The notes beneath the pieces were generated by a model. That model saw only the letters and a program-made list of their open reading frames with translations. It had not been told where the DNA came from and did no database searches. From NCBI GenBank assembly GCA_028534125.1, contig CM052818.1:44890001-44954000 (forward strand): a stretch of DNA of 64,000 bases. The letters are read 5' to 3'. The translations under genes were made by a program, and so were the position numbers. Shown piece after piece: positions 24,778-36,926 of this stretch. Each line of letters opens with the position of its first letter. The stretch's first letter is position 1. This DNA is from Lama glama. Taxonomy: Eukaryota.

Positions 24778-25160
24778 TTCATTTATTCATCCGTCAATGA
24801 AATATTTTAATCAGGATTTGTTATGTTCCAGGGGCTGTGCTAGCCTCTAAAGGGACAAGAGCGTAGCCTCTATCTTGCTGAAAGTGGTAGTTTTTGTGGA
24901 GGAGGTGAAGAATTTTATTTTAAATAAGTAAAGTATTTTCAGATTACAATAAATGCTATGAAGGAAAAGATCTGGATGCTGTGAGAGAATAATGGAGGGA
25001 ATGTGCCTGCTTCAGACTGAGGAGTTAGAAAAGATCTTGCTGTGAGAAAGTGACATTTGAGTTGAGGTGAAGTAGTTGGCCACATGAAGAAGTGGGATTG
25101 CGGTGGGAGTCAAAACACAGAAGGAATACATAATGAAAATGTCGTGAATCAGGGAAGTGA
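24778..25160 (-). mobile_element. L2 3' end
   Basis: 'ttcatttattcatcc...tatgttccaggggctgtgctag...ataaatgctatgaaggaaaa...agtgacatttgagttgag'. Confidence 0.8.
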
Positions 25161-25474
25161 CAAGTCATTTAATTTATTTGTTTGTAGATTTTCCAATCAG
25201 GAAAGACGTTTCTTGAGGATTGACGTTCTGTAATTCTAGGAGGACAAAATATGTTCAGCCTGTTGTCTTTTATCTTTCTCTCCTATTTGCAGAGGAGATG
25301 TGTATTTGTGTTTTTATGTCATGAAAGGTCTGCAACAATGGATGATTCTATCTAATATTACTATTGTTTTTGGATTCTACTCTTTTGGGATATTTTGTCA
25401 GGTCTCATTTTTATGGACATAATATGATTCAGTATAATACAATTATGATCATGTACTCTAGACTAGGCTTTTCA

Positions 25475-25612
25475 GCTACCTAACTTCTTTGTGACTCAGT
25501 GTCCTCATTGTAAAATGAAGATAATAATAGTTCATTATTCATAGGTGGCTATAAGTGTGAAATGAGCTAATATATGGGAAATACCTAGAAGAGCACCTGA
25601 CACATAGTGCGA
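25475..25612 (+). mobile_element. MIR fragment
   Basis: 'ctcagtgtcctcattgtaaaatgaagataataatag...aatgagctaatatatg...gcacctgacacatagt'. Confidence 0.8.
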
Positions 25613-26071
25613 AAGTAGTAAACTGTAGGCCAGAATTAGAGCCTGGAAAAGCAGTTAAGCTTCTTTTAGACTCATATTTTCATATTGGCTTAAAGAAACA
25701 TGTTTTTATATTTAAGGTAATAATGTTCAACTTTTAATAGAGATTTTTGCATAAAGTACACAGGTACTGTGGAAAAAGAATCAATGTCAACTACTTTTGC
25801 TTCCATTCTATGGTATATAGATTTCCTGTCATCAAAGCTTTAATTTCTTTATCTTGGAGTGGCACTAATAATAGAATTACTTTATAAGATTTTTTTGAGG
25901 ACTATATTAGATTATACATATGTGCTACTTATCATAGACCTGGCATATTGTAGGTATCACGTAATATTAGCTGTTGTCACTGTTGTCAGTTTCTGTGGAT
26001 TTATGACATTAAATGAGTTTTAATTTTGAGTAAATAATCAGAAGTCTTGTTCTAATTTTCATATGTATTTA

Positions 26072-26431
26072 TGTATGTAAATTCATTAGGGCTGCCATAA
26101 CAAAATATCACAGACTGTATGCTTAAACAACAGAAATTAATTTTTTTAAATTTCTGGAGGCTAGAAGTTCAAGAGCAAGATGTGAGCAGGTTTGGTTTCT
26201 TCCGAGGCCTCTCCTTGGCTTACAGATGCTGCCATCTCACTGTGTCCTCACATGATCTTCCCTCTGTGCATGCACGTCCCTGGTGGATTAGGGCACCCTA
26301 ACAGCCCCTTTTAACTTAACCATGTCTTTAAAGTCCCTGTCTCCGAATAGAGTCACATTCTGAGGTACTGGAGGTTAAGGCTTCAAAATGTTAATTGAGG
26401 GTGAGGGGGACACACGATTCACCTCATAACG
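26072..26431 (-). mobile_element. MLT1B (ERVL-MaLR) solo LTR
   Basis: 'agggctgccataacaaaatatcacagact...ttctggaggctagaagt...gtcacattctgaggtactggaggttaag...gggggacac...cataac'. Confidence 0.9.
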
Positions 26432-26834
26432 GTATATATGTACGTTGGGATGAATTTTTCAGTGAGTTAACCTTTTTGGCCATAGTATGCATGCTTGCAT
26501 ATTAGCTGTAGAAAATACAAGTAAACAAATATAATGTAAATAAAAATCACCCAGAATTCCATCAGCTGAGATAAAACTGTTAACTCTTTTTGACCCTTAA
26601 TATATTTTTTGTCTTTTTTTTTCATATACATAGAGTCAATTAGATGATGTTTTTGTACTCATCCACTTTTAAATTAGAAATGAGGAATACAGCATTCTTT
26701 CCTCTAACAAATAGAAGCATTGGAAGAGAAGCAGTATTTTTGTCCTTTAGGTAATCAGAGACTAGTGATGTAGGGGACACACATGTTCAGCTTCATAATA
26801 GAATAAACTGAGTTCCATTTGTTTATAGTAGAGG

Positions 26835-27045
26835 TAACTAACATTTTCACTGAGTGTATTCTGTGTGCTAAGTATTTATATTCATTGTTTCATTTTATCT
26901 TTGCAGTAGTTTTATGAGATTCTTAAGTAGATGAAGTCTTTGAAATTTAGAGGGATTAAGTAAATTGGCCTCATAGTTCACAAATAGATAGCTAGGACTT
27001 TTGCCTAGGTTTGTTGACATCTAAATTCATATTAAATTCAGTACT
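26835..27045 (-). mobile_element. MIR SINE
   Basis: 'taactaacattttcactgagtg...tgtgctaagtattt...gaaatttagagggattaagtaaattggcc'. Confidence 0.7.
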
Positions 27046-28599
27046 CTCTGTCTAGTGTGATAATGAATAGCTACTATATCTGATTGTTTTTCCATCCATA
27101 TTGAATAAAGGAGAAGGAGCCAGAGAACAAAGGGGAAAGTACAGAGATGCTGAGGGAGATTATAATAGACTCATTTAGAAAGAGCTATCCTCAGAGGGAA
27201 GGTCAAAGGAAACCAGCTTTCCTAAGGTAACAACACTTTATTGTAGTACTTTGTAATACTGGTACTAACGTATTTTAAAGGTGTGAGGTAGACGTGTGGC
27301 ATCAATACAACTGTTGCCTCTTAATGTTTGTTCTGTAGATCAAGTCGAAGACTACAAGCTGGTGATTCTTGATTCTTGTGTTATGAGTCAAGTCAGCTAA
27401 GTGTTCTATCACGGTAATTTAAATGAAATTCAGGCCTCATTAACTAGAGCAACTAACCAAAATACTCTTTATTTATTAAAAGTTCTATAGATTCATATAG
27501 AGATAGCTATAATTTTGTTGAATTTGTTGAATTGGATAATTCAGCATTGTGCCAACCACTAGGCAGCCCCACAAATCAAAGTTTGTGTTCTATTCCTAAA
27601 GGAGCTTATGAGGCAGACATCTACACAACTAATTATAATATTAGATTATTGCAAGCGCTTGGGAAGCACAGAGAGGGAAGCAATTTTGCATTTAAAAATT
27701 ACCAAAAGTAAAGTCAATAAGGATTTTTCTCATGTTCAGAAGATCATCTTACGCGTGTTTTTTTTGTTTTTTGAATGAATGACCCTTTCCTTCTAGATTT
27801 GTTTTTGTTTAGTTAATTCATATATAAAAGGTTAAACATAAATATTTAACTGTTTTCTACCAGCTAACAAATATCTTTTAGTTCCTGTTCATAGCTGTTC
27901 TTTATATCAGAATTCTTAAAACTCTTGTCTTGATCTGAGTCAAGCATAAATAATATTATAGTATAAATTAATTGATTGACTTAATGTTATATGATTGCTT
28001 TTTCTAATGAAGTTAGGGAACATTCAAAATCTAATTTGTTCTTAGAATAAATGAATGTTTGAAGAATGGGATAAATACAGAAGAGAGTACTTTAGCTATC
28101 TTTTAAAAATAACAGTTTAAACTTTTAAAAAAATAATATTTAACAGTATTGGTGGAATGAGCATTTGCTTTGACATAATTTGCTAAGTAAAAATCTACTG
28201 TGGAGGGGATTTCTAGTTTTAAAATTAGTATCCTTTATCCCCTAAACCTCCACTGTTTCCATATTGCTTTCTCATGCATTTATTTTCAGCATTCTAGAAA
28301 TGTTATAACACCATGCAAATCAAAGGAATTGTTATTCCAGTTTAGTAATTTAATATATAAGTTGGATATAATCTATGACTCTCATCATAACTTATTTGGC
28401 CCTTTGCATATAGGATTCTTTTCATGTGAGGTTGTAGTATATCATATCAGAATAATTTAAATTTAAAAATATTTTAAAATGAGAAGTGATATAACCTATT
28501 GGTATAATAACTTTTGTAATTATAATTTGACCAGGCAGTTTTCATTCTGAGCTGTATTTTCTTCATATATTCATATATATATGTATTTCTTCATATTGG

Positions 28600-28835
28600 T
28601 GTTTTATTTATTTGTTGTATCAAGTACTGAGAAAGGATGTTAAAATTACAAGCTAGAAACACAGGCTTGCCTGCTTCTTTCTTTATTTCTGTCAGTTTTT
28701 GCCCATGAATTTTCAAGGTGCAATTTCAAGATGCAAATATATTTAGAATTTTTATGCCTGCCTGATGAATTATACTCCTTTTATCTGAATTACCCTCTTT
28801 TTCTCTTTACCTTGAAGTCTACTTTGTCTATTCTT
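28600..28835 (-). mobile_element. Old L1M ORF2-start fragment
   Basis: 'tactgagaaaggatgttaaaatt...ttctgtcagtttttgc...ccttgaagtctactttgtct'. Confidence 0.65.
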
Positions 28836-28839
28836 TTGA

Positions 28840-29389
28840 TTTTTTTATTAAAGTATAGTCAATTTATAATATTGTGTTAATTTCTGGTGTATGGCATAGT
28901 TTCAGTTATATGTATATATATATATATTCCTTTTCATATTCTTTTTCATTATAGGTTATTACAGGATATTGAATATAGTTCCCTGTGCTAAACAATAGGA
29001 TCTTGTTGTTTATCTATTTTATATATAGTAGTTAGTATCTGCAAATCCTGAACTCCCAGTTTATCCCTCCACCCCCAGCCCCCTTTCCCCTTTGGTAACC
29101 GTAAGTTTGTTTTCTGTGTCTGTGAGTCTGTTTCTGTTTTGTAATAAGTTCATTTGTGTCATTTTCTTAAGATTCCACATAAGAATGATATCATATGGTA
29201 TTTTTCTTTCTCTTTCTGGCTTACTTCACTTAGTATGACAATCTCCATGTCCATCCATGTTGCTGCAAAAGGCATTATTTCATTCTTTCTTTATGGCTGA
29301 GTAATACTCCATTGTATATATATATTGCAACTTCTTTATCCAGTCATCGGTTGATGGACATTTATGTTGCTTCCATGTGTTGGCTATTG
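28840..29389 (-). mobile_element. Artiodactyl-type L1 3' end, 5'-truncated
   Basis: 'tttttattaaagtatagtcaattta...gatattgaatatagttccctgtgcta...ttggtaaccgtaagtttg...tccatccatgttgctgcaaa'. Confidence 0.9.
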
Positions 29390-30847
29390 GTGAATCCTTT
29401 CCAGAAGATTTTTAGTTGACTTTTTCCAGATCCATCAGAAGAATTACTATCTATGGAGCTACAGCCTTACAAAATGTATTTCTTATTATTTAAGACTTGA
29501 AAGTTGAAATGACTCTTTGATCCATGGGCTGCAGAATGAATGTTGTGTTAGCAGGCATGAAACAACATTGATATCATCATACATCTCCATCAGAGCTCTT
29601 GGGTGACCAGGTGCATTGTCAATGAGCAGTAATTTGAAAGGAATCTTTTTTTTTTTTTTTCTGAGCATAGATCTCAACAGTGGGCTTAAAATATTTAGTA
29701 AACCATGTTGTCAACAGATGTGCTATTATCTAGGCTTTGTTGTTCCATTTATAGAGCACAGATGAACAGTTTAGCATAATTCTTAAGGGCCCTAGGATTT
29801 TTGGAATGGTAAAGGAGCACTGACTTCAACTTAAAATCACCAACTGTGTTAGCCCCCAACATGAGAGTCAGCCTGTACTTTGGAGCTTTGAAACCAGGTT
29901 ATTGACTTCTCCTTTCTAACTATGAAAGTCCTAGATGGCATCTTCTTCCAATATAAGGCTATTTCATCTACATTGAAGATCTGTTATTCAGTGTAAGCGC
30001 CTACATCAGCACTTGCTGCTTCACCTGCTCTTTCATGTTATGGAGAAAGTTCATGAGGGACCAGCTTTTTTCTCCTAGCTTCAGACTCCTGCAGCTTCCT
30101 CACCTTTCTCAGCCTTCATAGAATTGAAAAGAGTTAGAGCCTTGCTCTGGATTAGCCTGTGGCTTGTGGGAACTTAGTGACTGTTTTGACCAATTCAGAC
30201 CACTAAAACTTTCTCCATATTAGCAGTAAGGTGGTTTTACTTTCTTATCATTTGTATGTTCACTGGAGTGAAAACTTTTCTTTGAATTCACAACTTGGCT
30301 GTTGGCTCAAGAGGACTCACTTTTGGCCTTTCTTGGCTTTTATCATGCCTTTCTCACTAAGCTTAATCATTTCTAGCTTTTGCTTTAAACTGAGAGATGT
30401 GCAACTCTTCCTTTCACCTGAACACTTACAGGCCATTGTAGGGTTATTAATTGGCCTAATTTTGATATTGTTGTGTCTCAGGGAATAGAGAGGCCCGAAG
30501 TGGGGGAGACAGGGGACAGCTGGTCAGTGGAATAGCTGGAACACACACAGCATTTATTGATTGAGTTTGTTGTCTTATATGGGCATGGTTTGTGGTGCCT
30601 GAAAACAATTACTGATTATAGATCACTGTAGCATAAATACTAATACTAATACTAATACTAATAAATAAAGTGTGAAATTTGCAAGAATTACCAAAATGTG
30701 ACACAAAACATGAAATAAGCAAATGCTGCTGGAAAAATGGCACCAATAGACTTGCTTGACAAAGTGTCACCACAAACCTTCAATTTGTAAAAATGTCGTT
30801 TCTGCAAATTGCAATAAATCTAAGCACAATGAAACAAGTTATGCCTG
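29390..30847 (-). mobile_element. Tigger1 (TcMar) 5' portion with decayed transposase
   Basis: Terminus ...ttatgcctg followed by TA (30848-30849). Start codon at 30436 gives MACKCSGERKSCTSLSLKQKLEMIKLSE. ORF 29486-29677 has [17 protein letters not shown]. The 3' end is absent. Confidence 0.93.
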
Positions 30848-30869
30848 TAAAAAATGTTTTTTTACAGGG

Positions 30870-31290
30870 TAGTTTAGTGGTGGTAGTTGGAAATGGCTGG
30901 ATTCTGAAACTGTCAGTAGGACTGATGTGATTTGCTGATTAGTTTTATGAGCTGTATGAAAAAAAGAGGAGCCAGAGGTTTTTAGCCAGAGCAGTTGGAA
31001 GAATGAAGATGCCATTTACTGAAATGGAGACGATTACAGGAGGAATAAATTTAGGGGGAAGATCTAGAGTTTAGTTTTGGACATCCTATTAGATACCTAA
31101 TTATAAATGTTATTTATTACCAGTAGATATTAACGATTATAATCATTCATTAGATATTTATTGGCTCTATGGTAGAGTTTGCTATTCTGTATTCTAGGAT
31201 TAAATGATGGTCAAAAACAGACACTGTCCTTGCCCTTACGGAATTAACAATCTAACGAAGAACATTAAGAATTGATCAAATAATCATATT
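30870..31290 (-). mobile_element. L2 fragments
   Basis: 'gagcagttggaagaatgaagatgccatttactgaaatgg...gagtttagttttggacat' and 'cagacactgtccttgccctt'. Confidence 0.7.
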
Positions 31291-31734
31291 ATTGGTAGTT
31301 TTTCCCCTTAAAAAAAACCTTTTAAATAGATTACCTAAAAAGAAATAAGGATGACTTAACAAAATCACAAATATCCCTTGATACGTAAATTTATTAGGTT
31401 CTTATGTTCAGATTGTGAGGGATACAAGTACATACCTTACAATTTTCTCACTTAATGACATTCTTAAAATTGGCTAGCTTAATTACACGAGGGAATGAAG
31501 CTTCATGAATTTAATTTTATTTAGACGAAATGAGGTAGCTGTGTATTGAATCTAGCATTTAAAGGTGGTGTTTATTTCATGAAATGTTTAGGCTATTGGG
31601 AATGTTCTCTGTTTCTTTCATTAAAAATGTTTTTACTTTTTCTTAGTTAGCTAAGGATCATTTTTGTTTTGTAACTAAAGTCTTTAAGAATAGCATTATA
31701 GTGTAATCTGTTCATCTTTTTCTCATAAAATTAA

Positions 31735-31962
<228 letters not shown>

Positions 31963-33089
31963 TGATTTTACATGCTAAAAATCCTGTCTCATTTGCAAAA
32001 TGACAATGCAGTCATTTTTAGTAAGATCTGATTTATTACACTTATTTAATGTTCCAAAATATGATGTCATAAAAATTGGTGTATAGTAGCAAGAATTACT
32101 AGCAGCTTTCTCTTTTTTAATTCTTTTATAAAGAATTAGATTACCAGTATGCCATTGTTTCCTGTTTACTCTTGTGATTTATATAATAGGAGCAATAATA
32201 AGCCTATCTTGAAAAGGGGAAAAAAACCTTTAAAACTACATTAAAAATTTTGAAAATTCTCCTGTAGTCCTTTATATATTATTACCTATGATGTAATAGG
32301 ACAGTATTGAGATTCCTAATTCAAATAATTAAACAGACAGACAAATAAACAATCTCTTATTTGACTGTGAAGTTAGGAATTTATGGTTCTGTTTTGCCTC
32401 CTTTTCAATTCTATCCCTCACTAGCTTTGCATCTCGAAAGTTTTTTTGTACCGTTAGCTAATTCTGCAAACATTTTTGATCAAGTGTCATGAGTAAGACT
32501 GGATATATATGAAAGCATGTTCAGAATGCTTCAGTGATCCAGGAGTTTGTTACCATGTTTGAAGAAGGTGATTTGTAGGTAAAAGATGTACCACATTGAT
32601 GACTATGTTGCTTTTTTTATGATGTTGAGCATTAACCATCCTCCTCCTCCTTACCTTATTTTTTAAATGTAGCCAGTGAGTAGAAATTCTGATATGTGCA
32701 GCTAACGTTAAAATTTTTGTAGCAAATTATGTATCATGATAATTTACCTGATTAAGAAATGATGGTAATTAATTAAATTATTAGTCCACTTTTAGCTTTA
32801 AATTGCTTTTGTAGTAACAGATTAATTGCCAATTCTAGTTTATCATTTTGTAAATTGGTGTTTTTAATCTTTAATTCTGCAGAGTGGACCTTTATAAAAT
32901 GTTTATTTAGATAGAGTTAATGGGTTTATGGAAGCAAATCAACAGTGACACATTGTACACTTGAAAAAGTAACAGACTATAATCCCGATTTTCATTTGTT
33001 TATCTCTGGTAAAGAAAATTCGATTCACCACTGTATTTATGTATGAAATGTGTAACTTTTGGGGAAAACTTGTCAAAATAACTGACTTA

Positions 33090-33600
33090 TTTCTATTTAT
33101 TTATTTTATTATTCAGTGATTTTTGGCATATTTATAGAATTGTACTGTCATCACTACTTCCTAATTACAGAACATTTTTATCACAAAAAGAGCCCCTGAA
33201 CCAATTAGCAGTTATTCCCTAATCCTTCCTGCCCAGCGGCAACCACTAATCTGCTTTCTGTATCTGTGAATTTCCCTATTCTGGACGTTTCATTAAAATG
33301 AGATCATACAATACGTGGTCTTTTGTGACATCTTCTTTTACTTAGCATAATGTTTTCAACATTACTTTGTGTTATAGCATGTATCAATACTTCATTCCTT
33401 ATGGCTGAATAATCTATTGTATGGACATACTACATTTAATGTATTTATCACTTAATGGACACTTGGGTTGTTTCTGCTTTTTGACTGTAGTAAATAATGT
33501 TGCTGTCAATTTTCTTTCATATGGATTTTGGCACATATGTTCACACATTTCTGCTAGGGATCTCTCTTGTAGTGACATTAATAGGTCACAGGAGATGCCT
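33090..33600 (-). mobile_element. L1MB-type 3' region
   Basis: 'ggcaaccactaatctgctttctgtatctgtgaatttccctattctggac...atggctgaataat...ggacacttgggttgtttc'. Confidence 0.85.
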
Positions 33601-36475
33601 ATAATCAATTTTAGAAGATTATTTCAAACAGTATTTCAAATCTCAATTCTTATTTTTTTATTTTCTTATTGAGTTGTAGTCAGTTTACAATGCTGTATCA
33701 ATTTCTGGTGTACAGCACAATCAGTCCTTATTTTTTAATGGCTGTTTAATATTTAATTGTATGACAGCCCCTGTAATTTGTTACTATACTGTTGTTGAAA
33801 ATAATTATTTCACTTTTCTTATATAAATTATGGTGTAGTATAAATCTTTGACCCATCTGTATTTTTAGAAATATAGTCTTAGTGTGATTTGAATTCAATA
33901 GATGAATATTGGCACATTTTAAAAACTTTTTTAACTGATGGCAGGTTTGCTTTTATAAGCCGTCTATATATCAAGTTTGCTGTGTACTTTGCCTGTTTAT
34001 AGTGTCCTTTTATGATAAACACTTCCCTGCTTTCTGTATAGTTTCATACATCCATTAAGTATATTCTTAAATACTTTTAGTTTACTTTTAGCTTTTATAA
34101 TATTTGAATTTAGATAATTTCTTTTAAGCCTCTCAATCTAGAGTCTCCATCTTCTGTTTTTTTTTTTTCTTTTGTCCCATTAGTTTATTTGAGAAATCTG
34201 TTTTGTTGGTTGATTTCATCCAGTAGTGTAGTTTTAACATGTTCTGCTCTCATTTATATTTTTCTAAGTTGGTGATTGAATATAGAGGCTCTATCAGAAT
34301 CAGACGTGATGATGGAGGGATGGCAGGACAACTTCATGGATAATGTTTTGTTCTATTAGGAGGCTCATGTCTGGCTGTTATTCTGTTATTTTACTAGCTA
34401 TTTGTGCTCAATGTCTAAATCATTCATTTTTTAAGGATTGCAAAGTGGTGACATTCCAGTTCAATTATTTCTTCTTGATTATAGTGACTGGAATACTTCT
34501 ATAAGGAGAAATATTCCCCCATTTACTAATTGGTTGTACAGAGTAGTACAGGTCACAGAGGAAGGACAGCTTTATTCGTTCCTTGTATTTACCAGTTTTC
34601 AAAATAAGGGATTAGTTACCTTTTATCCTCCAAAGGTGACCAGTTTGGGAGAAGTATCAGTTTGAACTCATGGACTTAAAACCTATTTGATGTGTTTCAG
34701 CCCTCTGAACATCTTACTGATGCTCAAATTGTGACACCTTTGGCAAGTGATCATGTTTAGGTTGGCTCTGAGTCCTTTTGACATAGTCTTTGATAGCTAG
34801 CTTGCTCTCTCATACATGACAGTTTTCCAGACCTGTCTTGTACATTTTCTGTCCTTCACGTGGAGTTAACTGACTTGTAGGTCCATCTTTTGTGCATGTG
34901 TGAATATTTCTTTAGAATTGATTCCTAGTACTGAAATTGTTGGGTCATATGGTATGCACATTGGACATTTTGAATGATAGTGCCAAATTGCTTTGTAAAA
35001 AAGGTTTTTACAAGTTCATGTTATGCTAATTGTCAAATAGATGTCTTATTTTCAGCAAATACTGCAATTTTAAAATAAAAATTTTTAATTTTTATTAGTT
35101 GCATCCTTGAGAAATAAAATGTTATTATGTTACATTTTTTAATTATGAAGTTCATAATATTTTGCATGCTTATTAATAATTTGTATTCCTTGTCCATTGC
35201 TTATTCCATTTTCTAATATGTTGTTTTGCTTTTATAAAAATTGGCTTGTTAGAATGCTAATACATCCTGGATATTGATCCTTTGTTATATATGTTAGAAG
35301 TATATTCTCTTGGACTATTACTTGTCTGTCGTTTATTGAATTTTTAAATTTGGATGTAGTCAAATCTATAGATTTTGTATCTTAATTTTTGTTGGGGGAC
35401 ACCTTCCCTATCCCTAAGATTATTTAAGAAAATGATTATATTTTAACTTTTTTATGTTTTTATTTTGGGAGTGGAGTTTTATTTCTAAGTCACTAGGATT
35501 TTTTTTTTTTTAATGAAGTAGGATTTGTTTTTCGCAGATGGGTAGCCAGTTTCCCCAATGCCATTTGTAGAAAAACCCATTTTTACCCCATGAAGTAAAT
35601 GAAGAGTACTGCATATCATAGACTAAATTACCATATACACATGAATTTCTCTTTTCACTGTGTCCCGTTACTTTGATTTGTTATTGGTTTCTGCACTAAA
35701 ATCATTGTTTAAATTTCTGTAGTTTTTCATTTATTTTGGTATCTGGTTGGACAAGTCTCCTCTAAATGGTCTCCTTTAATTTTTTTTGTGGCAACTCTTA
35801 AAATTTTTCTCTATGTGATTGAAATTAGCCTTTCATTCTTTTAAAAAATACAGTTGAAATTTTGACTTGCATTGCTTTAATTGGTAGGGTTGTTTTGATT
35901 ATTTCGGAATCTTAGGTCTTTCCGTAACAGTATTGTATAAAGCCTGTTCTTCAGAAAAAGCCACATTAGTTTTTCTTCCAAAATAGGATGAGAAGAAACT
36001 TAGGCATAACAGTTTTTAAAATATGTAGATATTGCAAAATATAAAAAAATAGCATAGGCTTAGTCTTTCAGTATAACATTGAATAGTAGAAGATTTTTGT
36101 TATTTTGCTTATCTTTTTCATTATTGTGTTAAACTTCATTGGGTGGAGCTCTAATATTTAACTATTAAATGTGATGTTTGCTGAAGCTTTCTGGTTAAGA
36201 CAGTAAAGAATTTTCCCTGCCCATCTATTCTTAGCTTACCAAATACTTTTTTAATCAGGAATGATCTTAAAGTATTGGAAATGTTTCCTTCAGCATCTTT
36301 TAAGGTGGTTTTCTTGTTTAATCTGTTACTATAGTACACTAAAAAAATAAATTGCAAGGTATTGTAAAATCTAAAGTAAATGCTATTTCTGTGATATTTT
36401 CAATAGAATACCAAATTTGATTTCCTTATATTTTAATTAATTATCCATCTATTTGCATAAATGACATTTGACTGA

Positions 36476-36522
<47 letters not shown>
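36476..36522. repeat. (TATC)11 microsatellite at the SINE tail
   Basis: Perfect TATC array at 36477-36520. Confidence 0.97.
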
Positions 36523-36523
36523 G

Positions 36524-36598
36524 TGGAGGTACTGAGGATTAAACCCAGGACCTCATGCATACTAAGCATGTGCTCTACCACTGAGCTTTCCGCTCCCC
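36524..36598 (-). mobile_element. tRNA-Ala-derived SINE head (camelid Vic-1-like)
   Basis: Reverse complement ggggagcggaaagctcagtggtagagcacatgcttagtatgcatgaggtcctgggtttaatcctcagtacctcca. A box intact, B box degenerate, followed by a (GATA)n tail. Confidence 0.85.
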
Positions 36599-36926
36599 GA
36601 AACTTAATTTTTTTTAACATGGACTCTTCTGGTTGGTTTTCATCTCATGGTGAGACCACCCTAACGTACATGGTTGAAAAGCACACCACCTTTTTTTCTG
36701 AGCCTTGGTACAGTTTATATAAAATAGAAACTATTCGTTCCATGAGGCTTCTTTGAACTTGCTTGCAAATCTTTCAAGAAAAATTTCAATATATTTAATG
36801 ATATACTTTTTAGTTTTTAAAATTTATTATGATAAATCTCACAGTAGAAAGAATGTTAGAATTCCCATGTATTGTTCACTCAGCTTCTACAGTTACCAAC
36901 CATAACCAATCTTCTTTCAAGCACAC

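Larger units (their letters stand above)
33730..36780 (-). mobile_element. Cluster of degraded L1ME/L1MC fragments
   Basis: T-rich L1-like motifs 'tgatgctcaaattgt', 'tgccaaattgcttt', 'ggatattgatcctttg' and 'ccttccctatccctaagatt'. Confidence 0.6.

Noticed and set aside
29486..29677. Domesticated TIGD-like gene
   Set aside because: The Tigger1 frame has an early stop, frameshifts and deletions; it is an ordinary fossil.
36524..36598. Functional tRNA gene
   Set aside because: The B box is degenerate (gtttaatcc), the acceptor stem pairs poorly, the anticodon is altered, and a simple-repeat tail follows. A SINE fits better.
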